Part shown: in pieces, positions 38,522-51,090 of the stretch | How positions within the stretch are numbered: position 1 is the stretch's first letter | Layout: each line of letters starts with the position of its first letter | Source of the DNA: Phoronis australis | Lineage: Eukaryota; Animalia; Phoronida | Reading direction: 5' to 3' | Assembly: GCA_002633005.1 (NCBI GenBank) | Contig: NMRA01000036.1 | Coordinates: 1,350,139 to 1,414,138, forward strand | Length of the DNA stretch: 64,000 nt | Notes under the pieces: model-generated | What the model was told of the DNA's origin: nothing | The model's database searches: none | Seen by the model: the letters and a program-made list of their open reading frames with translations, nothing else | Program-made: the position numbers and the translations under genes

Positions 38522-40323
38522 GTTTAACACAAGATTGGAAGCACAACATTAAAGAATCCATCATCCGCACAAAATTTGTACCTAATAACATGAACAGAGA
38601 CGAGGCGATTACAAGGTCAGCCCTTTGTACAAAAGCCTGTCTACAGGAATGCACAACGCACGCTGGCAAAGACACCCACATCAATGATTGGTTGTCGAAA
38701 ATGTTTGAGGTAATTTTGAATTTTCGGGAGCGAAGTATTTTTTTGTTACAAAGGTTGCAAAGTTTTTGTTTCATATCAAATCATTGTTACATCGGCTACA
38801 AAACGTAGTGAACTTCTCTTTGGGTTAAAGTAAACGAAAGTGTACAAACACAAACTTATATTTGAATCTAAATCTATTATATGATGCAACAAACGTTCCA
38901 ACAGTGCCCCTCTTTACAATTAGACACATAGATCCACGATGTGTTCGTTGTTAGGAAGATAAATACACGTGAAAAGCAACCGTTTTCGACTTCTATCAGA
39001 GATAACTGGTCATTAGTTATACAAATTAAATCCCAGTTTATGAGTGATAAATGCTTTTGCGATATAAATGAAATTTTTCTTTGCTAAAAAACGGTTTAGC
39101 TCCATTACAAATGAATGGCATGGGATTGTATTTGGTAAGCAGGGACATTGGGAAATTCTAATTTCATTTAATTAATAAGTGCAAATTAAATGAATTGCAT
39201 GTTAATTGGCAGTGGTGAAGACAGTTCTAGATAAGTTGATAGATGTTTTAGTGTCCAGGCTCACTTGTAAATTTCCATGAAATCATCGATTGTTCTATCG
39301 CGTAGATGCTTTCGGCATATGCTCCTCAGTGAATTAAGTGGAACGACTTGTTCGAACCATGAAGCAGTGGCCAGTGGGCAAAGCGGGTATAAGTTCTTTG
39401 TTGATTTCCTCGAGAAACCGAAATGCTTCGGAAGTAGTTCCCAGCAATAAAGAACGTAAAGTACGCCTTTAATACTATGAGAAACATTTCTGTATCTGTG
39501 GCCGGGACTGTTCTGCTTGAAAATGAATTATTTTCACTCTAACCAATGTTTATATGAAACTGAAACACAATGTCATAGTCTCTCATTGTAGATACAGTTT
39601 GTAATGCCATAAGATTGTTCGTGAGTGCAAACGTTTAGAGAAATCAACAATGAATAAACCTTACTGCTTTACAAGCTTCAGATGAGCTCACCAAAACATT
39701 CACGTTCACATTATTTGTTTGGTTCACTACTCAAGTCTTTTCGTGACTGGAAGTTTAGTTTTCAAATTTCGCAGCCAACTCACCCTACTGATTTATGTTC
39801 GTAATGTCTGCGGACGGCCGCGACGGGCCTGACCGGGTTCCGAGCCACTGGGTTATAACGAGATCTTTGTGTCTAGAGCTGGAAAAATTACAACACCCGG
39901 CTATGTTCCCCTGCCTATATTTCACGGAAGAATAATTCTAATTTACAGACTCCAAACTTCCTGCGACCAACCTCGATGTTTAACTAATGCCAATTCAAGA
40001 CTCAGAACGTGATCACACTATTTGTACCTTGCCCAAAACATTGTGTAGAGTAGACAAGTGTCGCTTCATCCTTGTCTACATGAATTACATGGAATTTGAC
40101 CTTTGGAACCACACCTAATCATCGCCAGTATCACCAATCGGGTGTGGGAAAGACTTGGACACCATCCGGAATTGTAGTTGGTGAGAGCGATTTATTTATG
40201 ACATCTTTCTTCAATCCATTGTCGTCTGGATCTAGTACTGGTGGATTTGCTTTCCCATTTCACATTGACTGGTAATGGGTTCTGTATACATTACATGTGA
40301 ATGCCTCAAATATGGGTGGCAGT

Positions 40324-40946
40324 GTATCGAATTTGTCAGTTTCATAAGAAGTGGTCACGAGGCAAGTAAAAGGAAACCCCCTGCGCAGAAAGGCATCCTG
40401 CAAGCACCAAACGACTGGAGAGTGTGGGCAGACCTTGCCGGTCACCAGTCATTCTTCCCATAGCACATTGTTCAGACGACCCAGCGCCCTGACCTGGTCA
40501 TTTACTCGGACAGTTCCCACCAGGTCATCCTGATCGAACTCACTATCCCGTGGGAGAATAGTGTGGAAGAGGCACATGAGCGGAAGAACTTGGAATATGC
40601 AGACCTGTAGAATGACTGCCACGTTGAAGGCTGGAGATGTTGGAGTTTTTCTGTGAAGGTCGGCTGCCAGAGTTTTACGGCCAGTTCAGTCACTACCATG
40701 GCGTTGTCTTTTGACGTCTCTGGGTCAGGAAAGAAGGCTCTCTTACTGTACGTGAAGTAGCCACTAAAACTGAACAGGCATCTGGTTGGATTTCAATGAA
40801 ATACCAACAACAATAGCATCAACAACCGTCAAACAGAGCCTAAACATCTGTTGTACCGCCTACTAGAGATGGTCTTGGTTTAGAGACGAAACCATCAAGG
40901 ACAGTAGGAGACCGACTAAAGATGGCGGTTAAGCACACTTTCATCA
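40324..40946 (+). mobile_element. 5'-truncated HERO-like (R2-group) non-LTR retrotransposon: REL endonuclease plus 3' UTR
   Basis: DWRVWADL...TTQRPDLVIYS...LIELTIPWE...AHERK..Y.DL...GW...VKVGC, with in-frame stops. AGT is present on both flanks. Confidence 0.85.
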
Positions 40947-41389
40947 AGTAAGCACAGTTTGGTGGCGGACCCATATTCCTTGCCGTTTTTCTTCCCCTAT
41001 ACTATAAGTGTGGTCCCTATAATCTTCCTGCAGTGGTTCTCGATTTCATTCCACAACAAGCAAACATAAATTTAGTAACCTGTTTTATGACATCAGAAAT
41101 TGCACATAATCTTGCCGATAACAGACCTGACATATCCAGTCTTCCATGTTTGAGTCATGTCAGAATTTTTGGTAGGGACCTACTAATCGATTAATAGGAA
41201 GCTGTAGTTGAACTGATTGCAGCGCTCCCTATACTGCTTTTTATCTTACTCTGATAAATACTCGCAAAAGGAAACACAAAAGCATGTTAGTGCAAAGGAA
41301 GATGAAATGATGACTTCATGCAAATGTAAATGCTATCTAAGACGTCATCGTTAAGTACCAACCAAATTCAAATCTTTCAAGCTACCTCT

Positions 41390-44300
41390 GCGCCACGTAT
41401 GAATAAAGACGTCAGCAACAGGTTCTCAACAAAACACGCATTTCAACTAATTCAACTATTCCCATTAATCGCTGCATCATCTGCGGGGATTTACTAAATA
41501 AAGGGTAGAGCTAAGACAAAACTAGGTAGGTCAAGTAGAACACGCATTTCAACTAATTCAACTATTACCAATAATCCCTGTGCCACCTGTGGGCAGATAG
41601 ATAACGTAAATGACACCATCATCAGGCTCACAATTGTACAGACTCCAAACACACATTTCAGCGAATTCAAGTATTCCCATTAATCGTTCCGCCACCGGCA
41701 GGGACTGGCTGATAAACATGATATCAGCAATATGCTCACAACTTGAGAAGCACAGAACACTTATTTCAACTAATTCAACTATTCCCACTAATCACTGCGC
41801 CACCTGCAGGCAGACAGATAACGTACATAACCCCAGCAAACGGCTCTCCAGGCCCACAACTTGAGAGAAACAGAGCACGCATTTCAACTAACTCAATTAT
41901 TCCCACTCATCGATACGCCGCCTGTGGGGTGGCAGATAATCAACATTACGTCACCAAACACGCAATTCAACCAATTCACTATTCCCACTGCGTCACCTGC
42001 AGGAACAGGCTCGTAACAAACATGACCTCAGAAACAGGCTCACAACTTAAGAGACACCAAATACGCATTTCAACTAATTCAACTATTCCCATTAATTGCT
42101 GCGCCACCTGTGGGAATTCACTAAATAACGGGTAGATAAAATTAGGTAGATCAAGTAAAACACGAATTTCAAAGAATTCAACTATTTCCACTAATCGCCG
42201 CGACATAGGCCTATGTGGGCACGTAGATAACGTACATAACATCATCAACATGCTAACAATTTTAGAGAATCCAAACACGCATTTCTATTAATTGAACTAT
42301 TCCCACTAATCGCTGCACCACCTGCAGGAACAGGTAGATAACAAACATGAAATCAGCAAAAGCCTCACAGCTTGAGAAACACAGAGCACGCATTTCAACT
42401 ATTTCAACTATTCCCATTGCGGCACCTGCAGACTGACAGATAACGTACATAAAATCAGCAGAAGGCTCACCAAGCTCACAACTTGAGAGACATAGAACAA
42501 GCATTTCAACTAATTGAAGTATACGTAAATAAAACAGCAAAAATGGATCACAGAAATTTTCGGATACAATAACATCCTTCGTCAACAGAAACAGAAATAA
42601 AGTAAAATCAAAAACTATATGACAATTGACATCTGATATATGGCGTAATGAGCATGATACATTGTTTTTAAATCCTGGGCCACTCAAGGTGAAATATTCC
42701 CAACTTGTTCTTTCTTTCTTAGAGTCGTCTATATCAACACTACCGTTGGTGACAACTGAAGATACGCTGGATTAAATATATCTCAAAGAATAACAACACC
42801 AATAATAAGCCCATGATACTTCTGCACCGCAACAACCATTTTAACCTGTTGGACAGCAAACACATTCCAAAAACTGATCTCGTTCTAAACCTCTTTTCAA
42901 GATCAAGCAATCACGGCAAATATTCAAAATAAAACTGACTTTAAGACAGACAGTTGTATTAAAGTAACTGGAAAATCAAACGGAAAAAAAACAAATCTGC
43001 AACAAAATATACATTGTTTACATGAGATGAAGTAATCTACAGTATCCTCAGATTCGAACCTCTACAGGAATCCCGAAGTGAAGACAAACTGGATAAATTC
43101 AAAGCACCCAAGAACGGCCACATTGATATGAATAGAGTACGACCCCACAAAACCAAAGGAAGGAACAAAAGTTCTGAGACTTCTACAACGACTTCGTCTC
43201 GGCCAATGCCTACAACTATCTTCTATCGTCCTGTAGATAATACTAACAACACCATGAAAACAGTTAAGTATAACAGAAAGTTCCGTAGAAAACAATAACC
43301 AATGAGACTAACAATGTAGTCAACTTATCTAACCATAACTTAACTGATAGTGAGATTAGCCTACTTTCTAAAGGACTTAATTCCTGTCCTATCAAGATTA
43401 GTCTGACAAAGATGAATTACTCATTGATGTTTATACTTTTGCTAGACGTCTTAGGTTGGTAGAATCTTTTGACAACCCCACCGAAGATGAAAATGAGAAA
43501 CCCCCTTAGAAAATATTAAGAAATTTCACCCCACAATAAAGTTCACCCACGACATTTCTCAAAATAAAATTTCATTTTTAAATGTCACTGTCTTTCTCTA
43601 CCCCTCTTGAAACAACATGACCACTTTTTTACTGTGGAGTAACTCGGGGAGTCTGTTCCGCGTGTTTTTCACATCTCGTCATGACTATATTTTGGTTGTT
43701 TTCTGGGTGAAGCCGAGAACTTATTGAACGACCCTCGTATATCAGATGTCAATTGTCATATAGTGTTTGAGTTTACTTTATTTCTGTTTCGGTTGACGAA
43801 TGATGCTATTATATCCGAAAATTTCAGTGATCCATTTTCGTTGTTTTATTTACGTATATTTATTCCACTTTTCGAAAACAATAAGTGTATCTTTTAGAGG
43901 ATCTGGATCGCCTCTTTTAGCTTCGGATTTAATTTCTACGTTACTTGACTAATTCAACCATTCCCACTAATTGCTGCGCCACTTGTGGACAGGTAGATGA
44001 CGTACATGGCATCATCTACAGGCTCACGATTTTAGAAAATCCAAACACGCATTTAACTATATCAACTATTTCCATTAATCACTGCGCCATCTGCAGGGAC
44101 AGGCAGATAACAAACATAACGTCAGCAACAGGCTAACAACTTGAGAGTCACAGAAAACACACTTCAACTAATTCAACTATTTCCATTAAGCGCTACCCCA
44201 CTTGTGGGCTAGTACATAACGTACATGATGTCGGCAACAGGCTCACGCATTTCAAATACTTGAACTATTCCAACTAATCACTGCACTATTTGTGGGCTGG

Positions 44301-44835
44301 TACATATTGTACATGACGTCAGTAACAGGCTCACAACTTGAGAGTCACAGAACACACACTTCAAATAACTCAATTATTCCCACTAATCGCTGCGCCATCT
44401 GTTTGCAGTTAAATAACGTACATGACGTGAACAACAGTCTCATGCATTTCCACTGATCGCTGCTGCATCTGTGGGATGGTACATATCGTGGATGACGTCA
44501 GCAAGGGGCTCAGAATTTGAGACACACCAAATGCGCATTTCAACTAATTCAACTATTCCCATTAATCGCTGCGCCACCTGCGGACAGGTAGATAACGTAC
44601 ATGTCATCATCAACAGGCTCACAGTTTTAGAGACTCCTAACACACATTTCAACTAATTGGACTATTCCCACTAATCGCTGCGTAACATGCAGGGACTGGC
44701 TACAACAAACATGACATCAGTAACAGGCTCACAGCTTGAGAAACACAGAACATGCATTTCAACTAATTCAACTATTCCCACTAATCACAGCGCCAGCTGA
44801 AGGGGCAGTTTGATAACGAACATGTCAGCAACAGG
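41390..44835 (+). repeat. ~110-bp satellite-like tandem array (blocks 41390-42520 and 43945-44835)
   Basis: Recurrent monomer acacgcatttcaactaattcaactattcccactaatcgctgcgccacctg...agataacgtacat...aggctcacaacttgaga. Confidence 0.92.
42521..43944 (+). mobile_element. Penelope-like element remnant flanked by inverted repeats
   Basis: ~120-bp inverted repeats at 42521-42641 and 43737-43859. NVVNLSNHNLTDSEISLLSKGLNSCP...DVYTFARRLRL (43313-43460) matches the Penelope pre-RT motif, and ISFLNVTV (~43570) is FLD-like. Confidence 0.8.
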
Positions 44836-46494
44836 TTTGCATCATTGGTAAGGGGAAGATGTGTTGAGAGACGTTAGGATTGGTAGGGTACCACTAAACA
44901 TTCTGAAATGTATGCAATGTTTAGCAATGGATTCGTTTTCAACTCTAAAGTAGCATGCCACCATGTCACTCTCTTACGGCGCATGGCCAGTCAGGTAGAA
45001 GACCCTTCACAATATCATAGCACGTTTCCACGCTTAATAGATGATTCCATTGTTGTGGTATTTGAAGCTGTCCCTTGTCATAGTTATACACACGAATGCC
45101 TGTGTGTCGTCCGAAACAACCGGAATTTCGTTTACTTCATGTGCGCATTTCACGGCCTACTGCACAATACTAGTGCCGGCTTCTTCGTGAGATATGTCCT
45201 CGGGTAATATCTACTGTCAGCGTCGTGTTCAATATCGAGGGAGGTGGTCTTCCTCAGTGATTTCCAGTTTGCTTTCCTTACTTACTTCTAGTATCACACA
45301 CGATTCTAATGAGTTGACTTTGTGTTCTTGACTGAAGGCAGGATCACCTTTTGGGCATGTAACTTTGTAGTTATGTACACGTGATGGGTACGGGTGACAT
45401 CAATATCTTTCCCATCCCTTGTGGAAATTGATGCTGAAGTCATGGTATCTGTCAAATATCAGGAAGACACCACTCTCCCTCAGTTATGTAGTTCCACATG
45501 TTTTCGAAATGGTGACACAATCTTGTACAGTAGCATTTGTTGACCAATGAACAGTCCACAGAAGAGCTAAACCATCAATGTCTTTTACATTGGTACATCA
45601 GGAACTCCTACTGACACGTACCTGCTGTTGCAAAGACCTCTTAACGCCTGCATGACTTGTTTTTTGGAAAGGTGATCTCTTTTGCTGTATGTACTGGAGC
45701 AAGCTCGTGACGTTCCTTGTGTCAATGTCACGTTTGTTTGACAACGATGTCATCACCCATGAGTACAGTGCAGTGATATCACACACCGGCGAACCAACTT
45801 GAACTTATGGCTCTTGCAGTCATGGTTGTCACCTTCTTCGGTAGAAACCCACCGGCCAGCCGTCTTCGAAATATGATAACCTGCTTGTCCAATGCTGATC
45901 GCCTCATGTACATTTTACTGTTGGAGTAACAAACTGCTGATGTGCACTACTGGGTCTATGGGAAGGACAATTGTGGATAATTCCCCGCCATGCCCAACTA
46001 CTTTGTCCGTACCTCACGAATGTGGTTTCTTTAAGTGAACGGTCCAAACCTCATTCTAACATTCACCCAGCTCATTAATTTAATCTGTGTTTTTTCTATG
46101 ATTTGGGGAAGTAAGTCAGTATAGGCAACATCTTTTCGGAATTAAAGGTCTCAAACTGTTGAGCACACACTACATCTAAACTGTCTTCAAAAAAGAGATT
46201 CTGCAAATTTGCTACAACCTGTAATCATTAAATTCATTGACCACAGAAACATGAGTGTAAATTTTAATATAACTAACCTCTGGTGTCTGATACAGTGGTT
46301 ATAAGCACACGTAGACTAACGGCAGTTGTAATTTGTGTAAATTTATCAATTATGCAAATTTCGATATGAAAATAATCTACATGTAATGCCTGGAAGCAAT
46401 GAGCAGACAGTATTTCGAATAAAGGGGGTTTTCATTTGAATAAATTATGCAAATTGATTATGCAACAACTTGGCAACTGAATTCATTAATCTAA

Positions 46495-49400
46495 TTGCAA
46501 GGAGTGTAGTACAATAGGGGTTCCACCCCGCTATCTTGCCGTTCGCCGCAATGGTTATCGGTCGAGAAACTAGCGCCCCAAGCAGCGAATAAGAAAAACT
46601 TAACATAGCAGCGGGAGTCCGAGCCATGTAAACACTGATGAATTTATACTTTAACGACGTTCGACGACCAAGAGAATTATTGTGTGATTAAAATAGGTAA
46701 AATATGTATATTCAAATTCACTTATAATCAAATAAGAATCAAAATTGTGTTTTAGTCAATATTAAAGTGTAATACACATGAACAACTTTGCAGTTTCATT
46801 CTCTTGAAGCTCCCTTCAAAAAACCATTTGGTCGATATTTGAGTTTTAATCAGGCAAACTACTGAGTGTTCTTAATTATATTTCATACCGGGGGTTTCAT
46901 GGGGCAGTTTCCCCCAGGTTCCAGCTGAAGGAGGTACATGAGAGGAGTGCAAAACAAGTAAAAACCAGGTGGGCGCCAAATGGGTGTTGACCCCCTCTCA
47001 GGGGTGGTACATGAAAAAATCGATGGGTGGCACATGGGTGTTGGGCCCTTCCATCGTCACAAATCTTGGTTGTTAAGTCCCCTGACTATTAAAAACAGTT
47101 CTGAGGTGATAAGATTTTTCGGGTACTCGTTTTGTGCATGCCCCTACTGACTTTTTGTTTTAACCCGTAGCCATGCACCTGTGGTTATGTCAGTACCATC
47201 CTTGGATATTTTCCAACTTTTCATTACAAGTGTCGATCTGGGGATAATTTTTAGGGCCGCGCCCGGAATCATTGGCGAATAGAAGTTTTCATTGACGCAC
47301 TGGTGTTGCTTAACTTGGGCATTAAAATTGTGTCGAGTTTTTCACCGAGACCCACAGATTCTCTAACTTGACTCATAGATTGATATGACTGTCGCCGTCA
47401 CCGGTCATATGGACACACGGCCATGGGTATGTTTTTCTAATATTATCCCTGCGATCATTCGGGTGATTACTTGCAAGTATGTTGCTCTGTCGTCAAGTTT
47501 TTACTTGGCGGAAATCTTCGAATTCCGACAAGTATGTTTCTCTGACATCAAGTTTTTTTTTGTTCGCACTCTACAGGTCGCAATGTTCGTCCAATTGGCA
47601 CGAAATTCGCACACGACATGTAGATCTGAAAGGCCTGGAAGACTGTCGTTTTTGGTCATGATCGGATTCAAAATGGCGCACATGGCGGCCATTTTGTTTC
47701 AAATGACTTATTCAACTGCTCATAGAACCCTCAAATTTTGACGTATCTGGCTCAATCTCTACACAATTATGAAACAGTCTAGTTCCTTCAAATATGTTAG
47801 AAATCGTTTACTTCCGTTAAAAAATGGCGGAAATATCGGCAATGGCGCATGCGCACCTCGATTTCGGGAAAAACGTTTTGTCTTGTAGAGGGCGCTTTAA
47901 ATAACCAATTGCTTTGAAATTTTTCAGGTATTACTTTTTGTCGCGGGCTATTATCCAGTTCTAAAAAGCCGGAAGTTGATCCCAACATGGCGGATCTAAC
48001 GCATGTTGACCCATTTTCAGTCGTGCCATAGTGCCATTTTAAACGGGAAGAGAAAATGACGTTAATTTTTGCATGTGGATTCTCTAAGGTATATTCTTAC
48101 CGTTTTCGAGTTATTTGACTTTGAATTTCAAAAAAAGGTGAAATCTCATTTTTTTTCTAAAAAGTAACGGAATTTTGCGTTACTATCACTTTATATAGAG
48201 TTTTGAACGGGCTTTCAAAATGTGTTTTCCATTTTTCGCTAGAACGTCTGCTTTTCGAATTATTCGAGATTTTCTGATAGCACTGTTCTTTTCTTGAGCG
48301 CCCTTGCTATATTGATGTTGGTTTAGCTTCTATTGAACAAGACTGTAGCCTCTTTATTACTGTTTTATGACATCTAAGTTCGTTATATGAATGTTACGAT
48401 GTGGTTCATCCTCATAACCACCGTTATCATATTCGTCATCTTCGTCATAATCTCCGTCGTCGTCTTTTCTTCAGCTTAACTCGCCAAGTGTTGCTCAAGA
48501 CTGTAGCCTATTTCTTAGGGATTTCTGAGATCTACGTTCGTCATATGAATGATATCATAACTTGTATTGTCCATCATCGCCACCATAGTCGTCATATCTG
48601 TCATCTTGGTCATCATCTCTGTCATCACCTTTTCTGTTAATTTCGCCAAGTTTCACGCACCTCCGAGAGCTTTCATTTTTTTGTTCACACTCTACAGGTC
48701 GCAATTTTTGTCCGATCCGCACGAAATTTGCACACGATGGGTAGATCTAAAAGTCCTGGAAGCCTACTGTTTTGAGTTATGATCGGATTCAAAATGGCGG
48801 ACTTGGCGACTATTTTGTTTCCGGTTTCAGATTCAAACGCTAATAGAGGTCGCATGTTTCAACGTACAGGGCTGAAATTTAGTACGATTATTACAAGACA
48901 CAAGTACTACCACTGCGCTGTAAATCGTTAACTTTTAGTCAAAGATGGTGGAAATATTGGCCATGGCGCATGCGCACCTCGATGTCTGGCCGAAAACATT
49001 TTCTAGTGTAGAGGGCGCATTGGTGAACCAATCATTTTCAATCTCGTCACCTGTTTGTTTCCTTCGATTGGCTATTATTAAAAATAATTTAACCGGAAGT
49101 CACTTTCAAGATGGCGGCTCTGGCGCATTTTCACCCATTTTCGATCGTTCTGCGGTCGTATTTTTAACGGGAAAAGCAATTGACGTGAATTTTTGCATGT
49201 AGATTCCTTAAAGTATGCTCTTTCAAAAGTTCTGCAATAACGTTTTACTCGAACTTACGTTTTCGAGCTATTCGACTTTGAATTTAAAAAAACGCAGAAT
49301 TTCAATATTGTCGAAAAAAATACGGAATTGTGCGTTACTATCAATTTAGGTAGACTTTTGAACGGGCTTTCAGATGATGTTTTCCAGTTTCCGCTAGGAC

Positions 49401-51090
49401 GTCTATTTTGCGAATTATTCGAGATTTTCTGATTTCGCTGTTCCTTTAATTGTTGAGCGCTCTTGCTGCATTGATGTTGGTTTAGCTTCTATTGAACAAG
49501 ACTGCAGCATATTTCTTAGTAGTTTCTTCGCTAGTCACATGAATGTTATCGTGTTGTTCGTAATTGCCGCCTTCATTGTCATGATCGTCGTCGTCTTCCC
49601 CATCGTCTTCTTTTCGGTTAATTTCGCCAAGTGTCGCTCCTCAGAGCGCTAAGGTTTACATGTTGATATTTTGACACACAAAATCCAAGACAGTTTACCA
49701 TGTCATTAAATAACAAATGAAAGCGCTCCGAGGAGCGACACTTGGCGAAATTAACAGAAGAGACGATGATGGAGATGATGACGAAGATGACAGCTATGAC
49801 GACAATGTTGGCGATGATGGACAATGCAAGTTATGATATTCATATGACGAACGTAGAGGTCAGAAATCACTAAGAAATAGGCGACACTTGGCGAAATTAA
49901 CTGAAGTAAAGACGACGTAGATGATGACGAAGATGACGAATATGATGATGGTGGATTCGATGCTGAACAGCATCATAACATTCATATGACGTACTTAAAT
50001 GTCATAAATCAATAAAAATAGGCTACAGTCTTGTTCAACAGAAGCTAAACTAACATCAATGCAGCAAGAGCGCTCAACAATTAAGGAACAGCGCTATCAG
50101 AAAATCTCAAATAACTCGAAAAGTAGACGTTCTCGCGAAAAATGGAAAACATCTGTTGAAAGCCCGTTCAAAATTCTATCTAAATTGATAGTATCACACA
50201 ATTCAGTAATTTTTTCGAAAAAAAATGAAATTTTGTGTTTTTTAAAGAAATTCAAAGTCAATTAACTCGAAAACAGTAAGTCTGAGAAAAAAATTGTTGA
50301 GGTCATTTGAAAGGGTATACTTTAAAGAATCCACATCCAAAAATTAACGTCATTCTCTCTTCACGTTTAAAATGACACTCCAGCACGACTGAAAATGAGT
50401 CAACATGCGCCAGATCTGCCATCTTGAAAGCAACTTCCGGTTTTTTGGCTCTGTGTTATAGCATGTCATAAGAAACTAACACCTGCAAAAATTCTAAGGA
50501 ATTGGCCCTATAATGCGCCTTCTACAGGAGGAAACGTTTTTAGGCCAAAATCGAGGTGCGCAGGCGCGATTGCCGATATTTCCGCTATCTTTAATCGGAA
50601 GTAAACAATTTCCAGTATACTTGTAGCACATTTCCAATCCAATAACTGTGTCGATTCTCAGCTCTGTACGTAAAAAATTGTAGCCTTTAGAAGCATTTGA
50701 ACCTTTAAATGAAAACAAAATGGCCGCCAAATCTGTCATCTTGGATCCGATTATAACGAAAAACAACAGGCTTCCAGTACTTCCAAAACTACGTGTTATG
50801 TGTAAATTTCGTGATGATCGGACAAAAATTGCGACCTGTATCGTGCGAACAAACAAAAAACAAATTAGTGACAGAGCAACATACTTGGCGAAATTCATTT
50901 CGCCAAGTAATAATCCTTGCCTTTCTGGATCCTTAGACAACGTAAAAATGACAGTTATGGTGTTTTCTTGGATGAATTTGTTCCCGTGCTTCGTACTTGA
51001 CTATTGGTTATTCGCAACTTGGCGGCGCTAGTGATAGCGATAACAACGATCTCACCAGTGAACATCCCTACTGTAGTAAAGTCCTTGCTA
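46495..51090. mobile_element. TIR-bounded non-autonomous element of unresolved superfamily, inserted in the Academ subterminal region
   Basis: Imperfect TIRs gcaaggagtgtagtacaataggg / ccctactgtagtaaagtccttgc, plus the subterminal pair ctagcgccccaag / cttggcggcgctag. Academ sequence resumes on both sides. No clear TSD. Confidence 0.6.
47467..50909. repeat. Three ~1.0-1.2-kb Helentron/HINE-like units: two tandem on minus (47467-~48640, ~48640-49650) and one on plus (49711-50909)
   Basis: 5' subTIR CACTTGGCGAAATT, 3' hairpin ACTTGGCGAAATTCATTTCGCCAAGT (50882-50907) and (GAT/GAC)n tracts. The units are mutually alignable by eye. Confidence 0.75.

Noticed and set aside
41390-44835. CRISPR-like appearance of the recurrent atttcaactaattcaactattccc motif
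   Set aside because: The intervening sequences are homologous to each other (tandem monomers, not unique spacers), there are no cas genes, and the context is eukaryotic.
48401-48782. His-rich ORF (HHRHHSRH...)
   Set aside because: It arises from the (CAT/CGT)n tract of the HINE-like unit.
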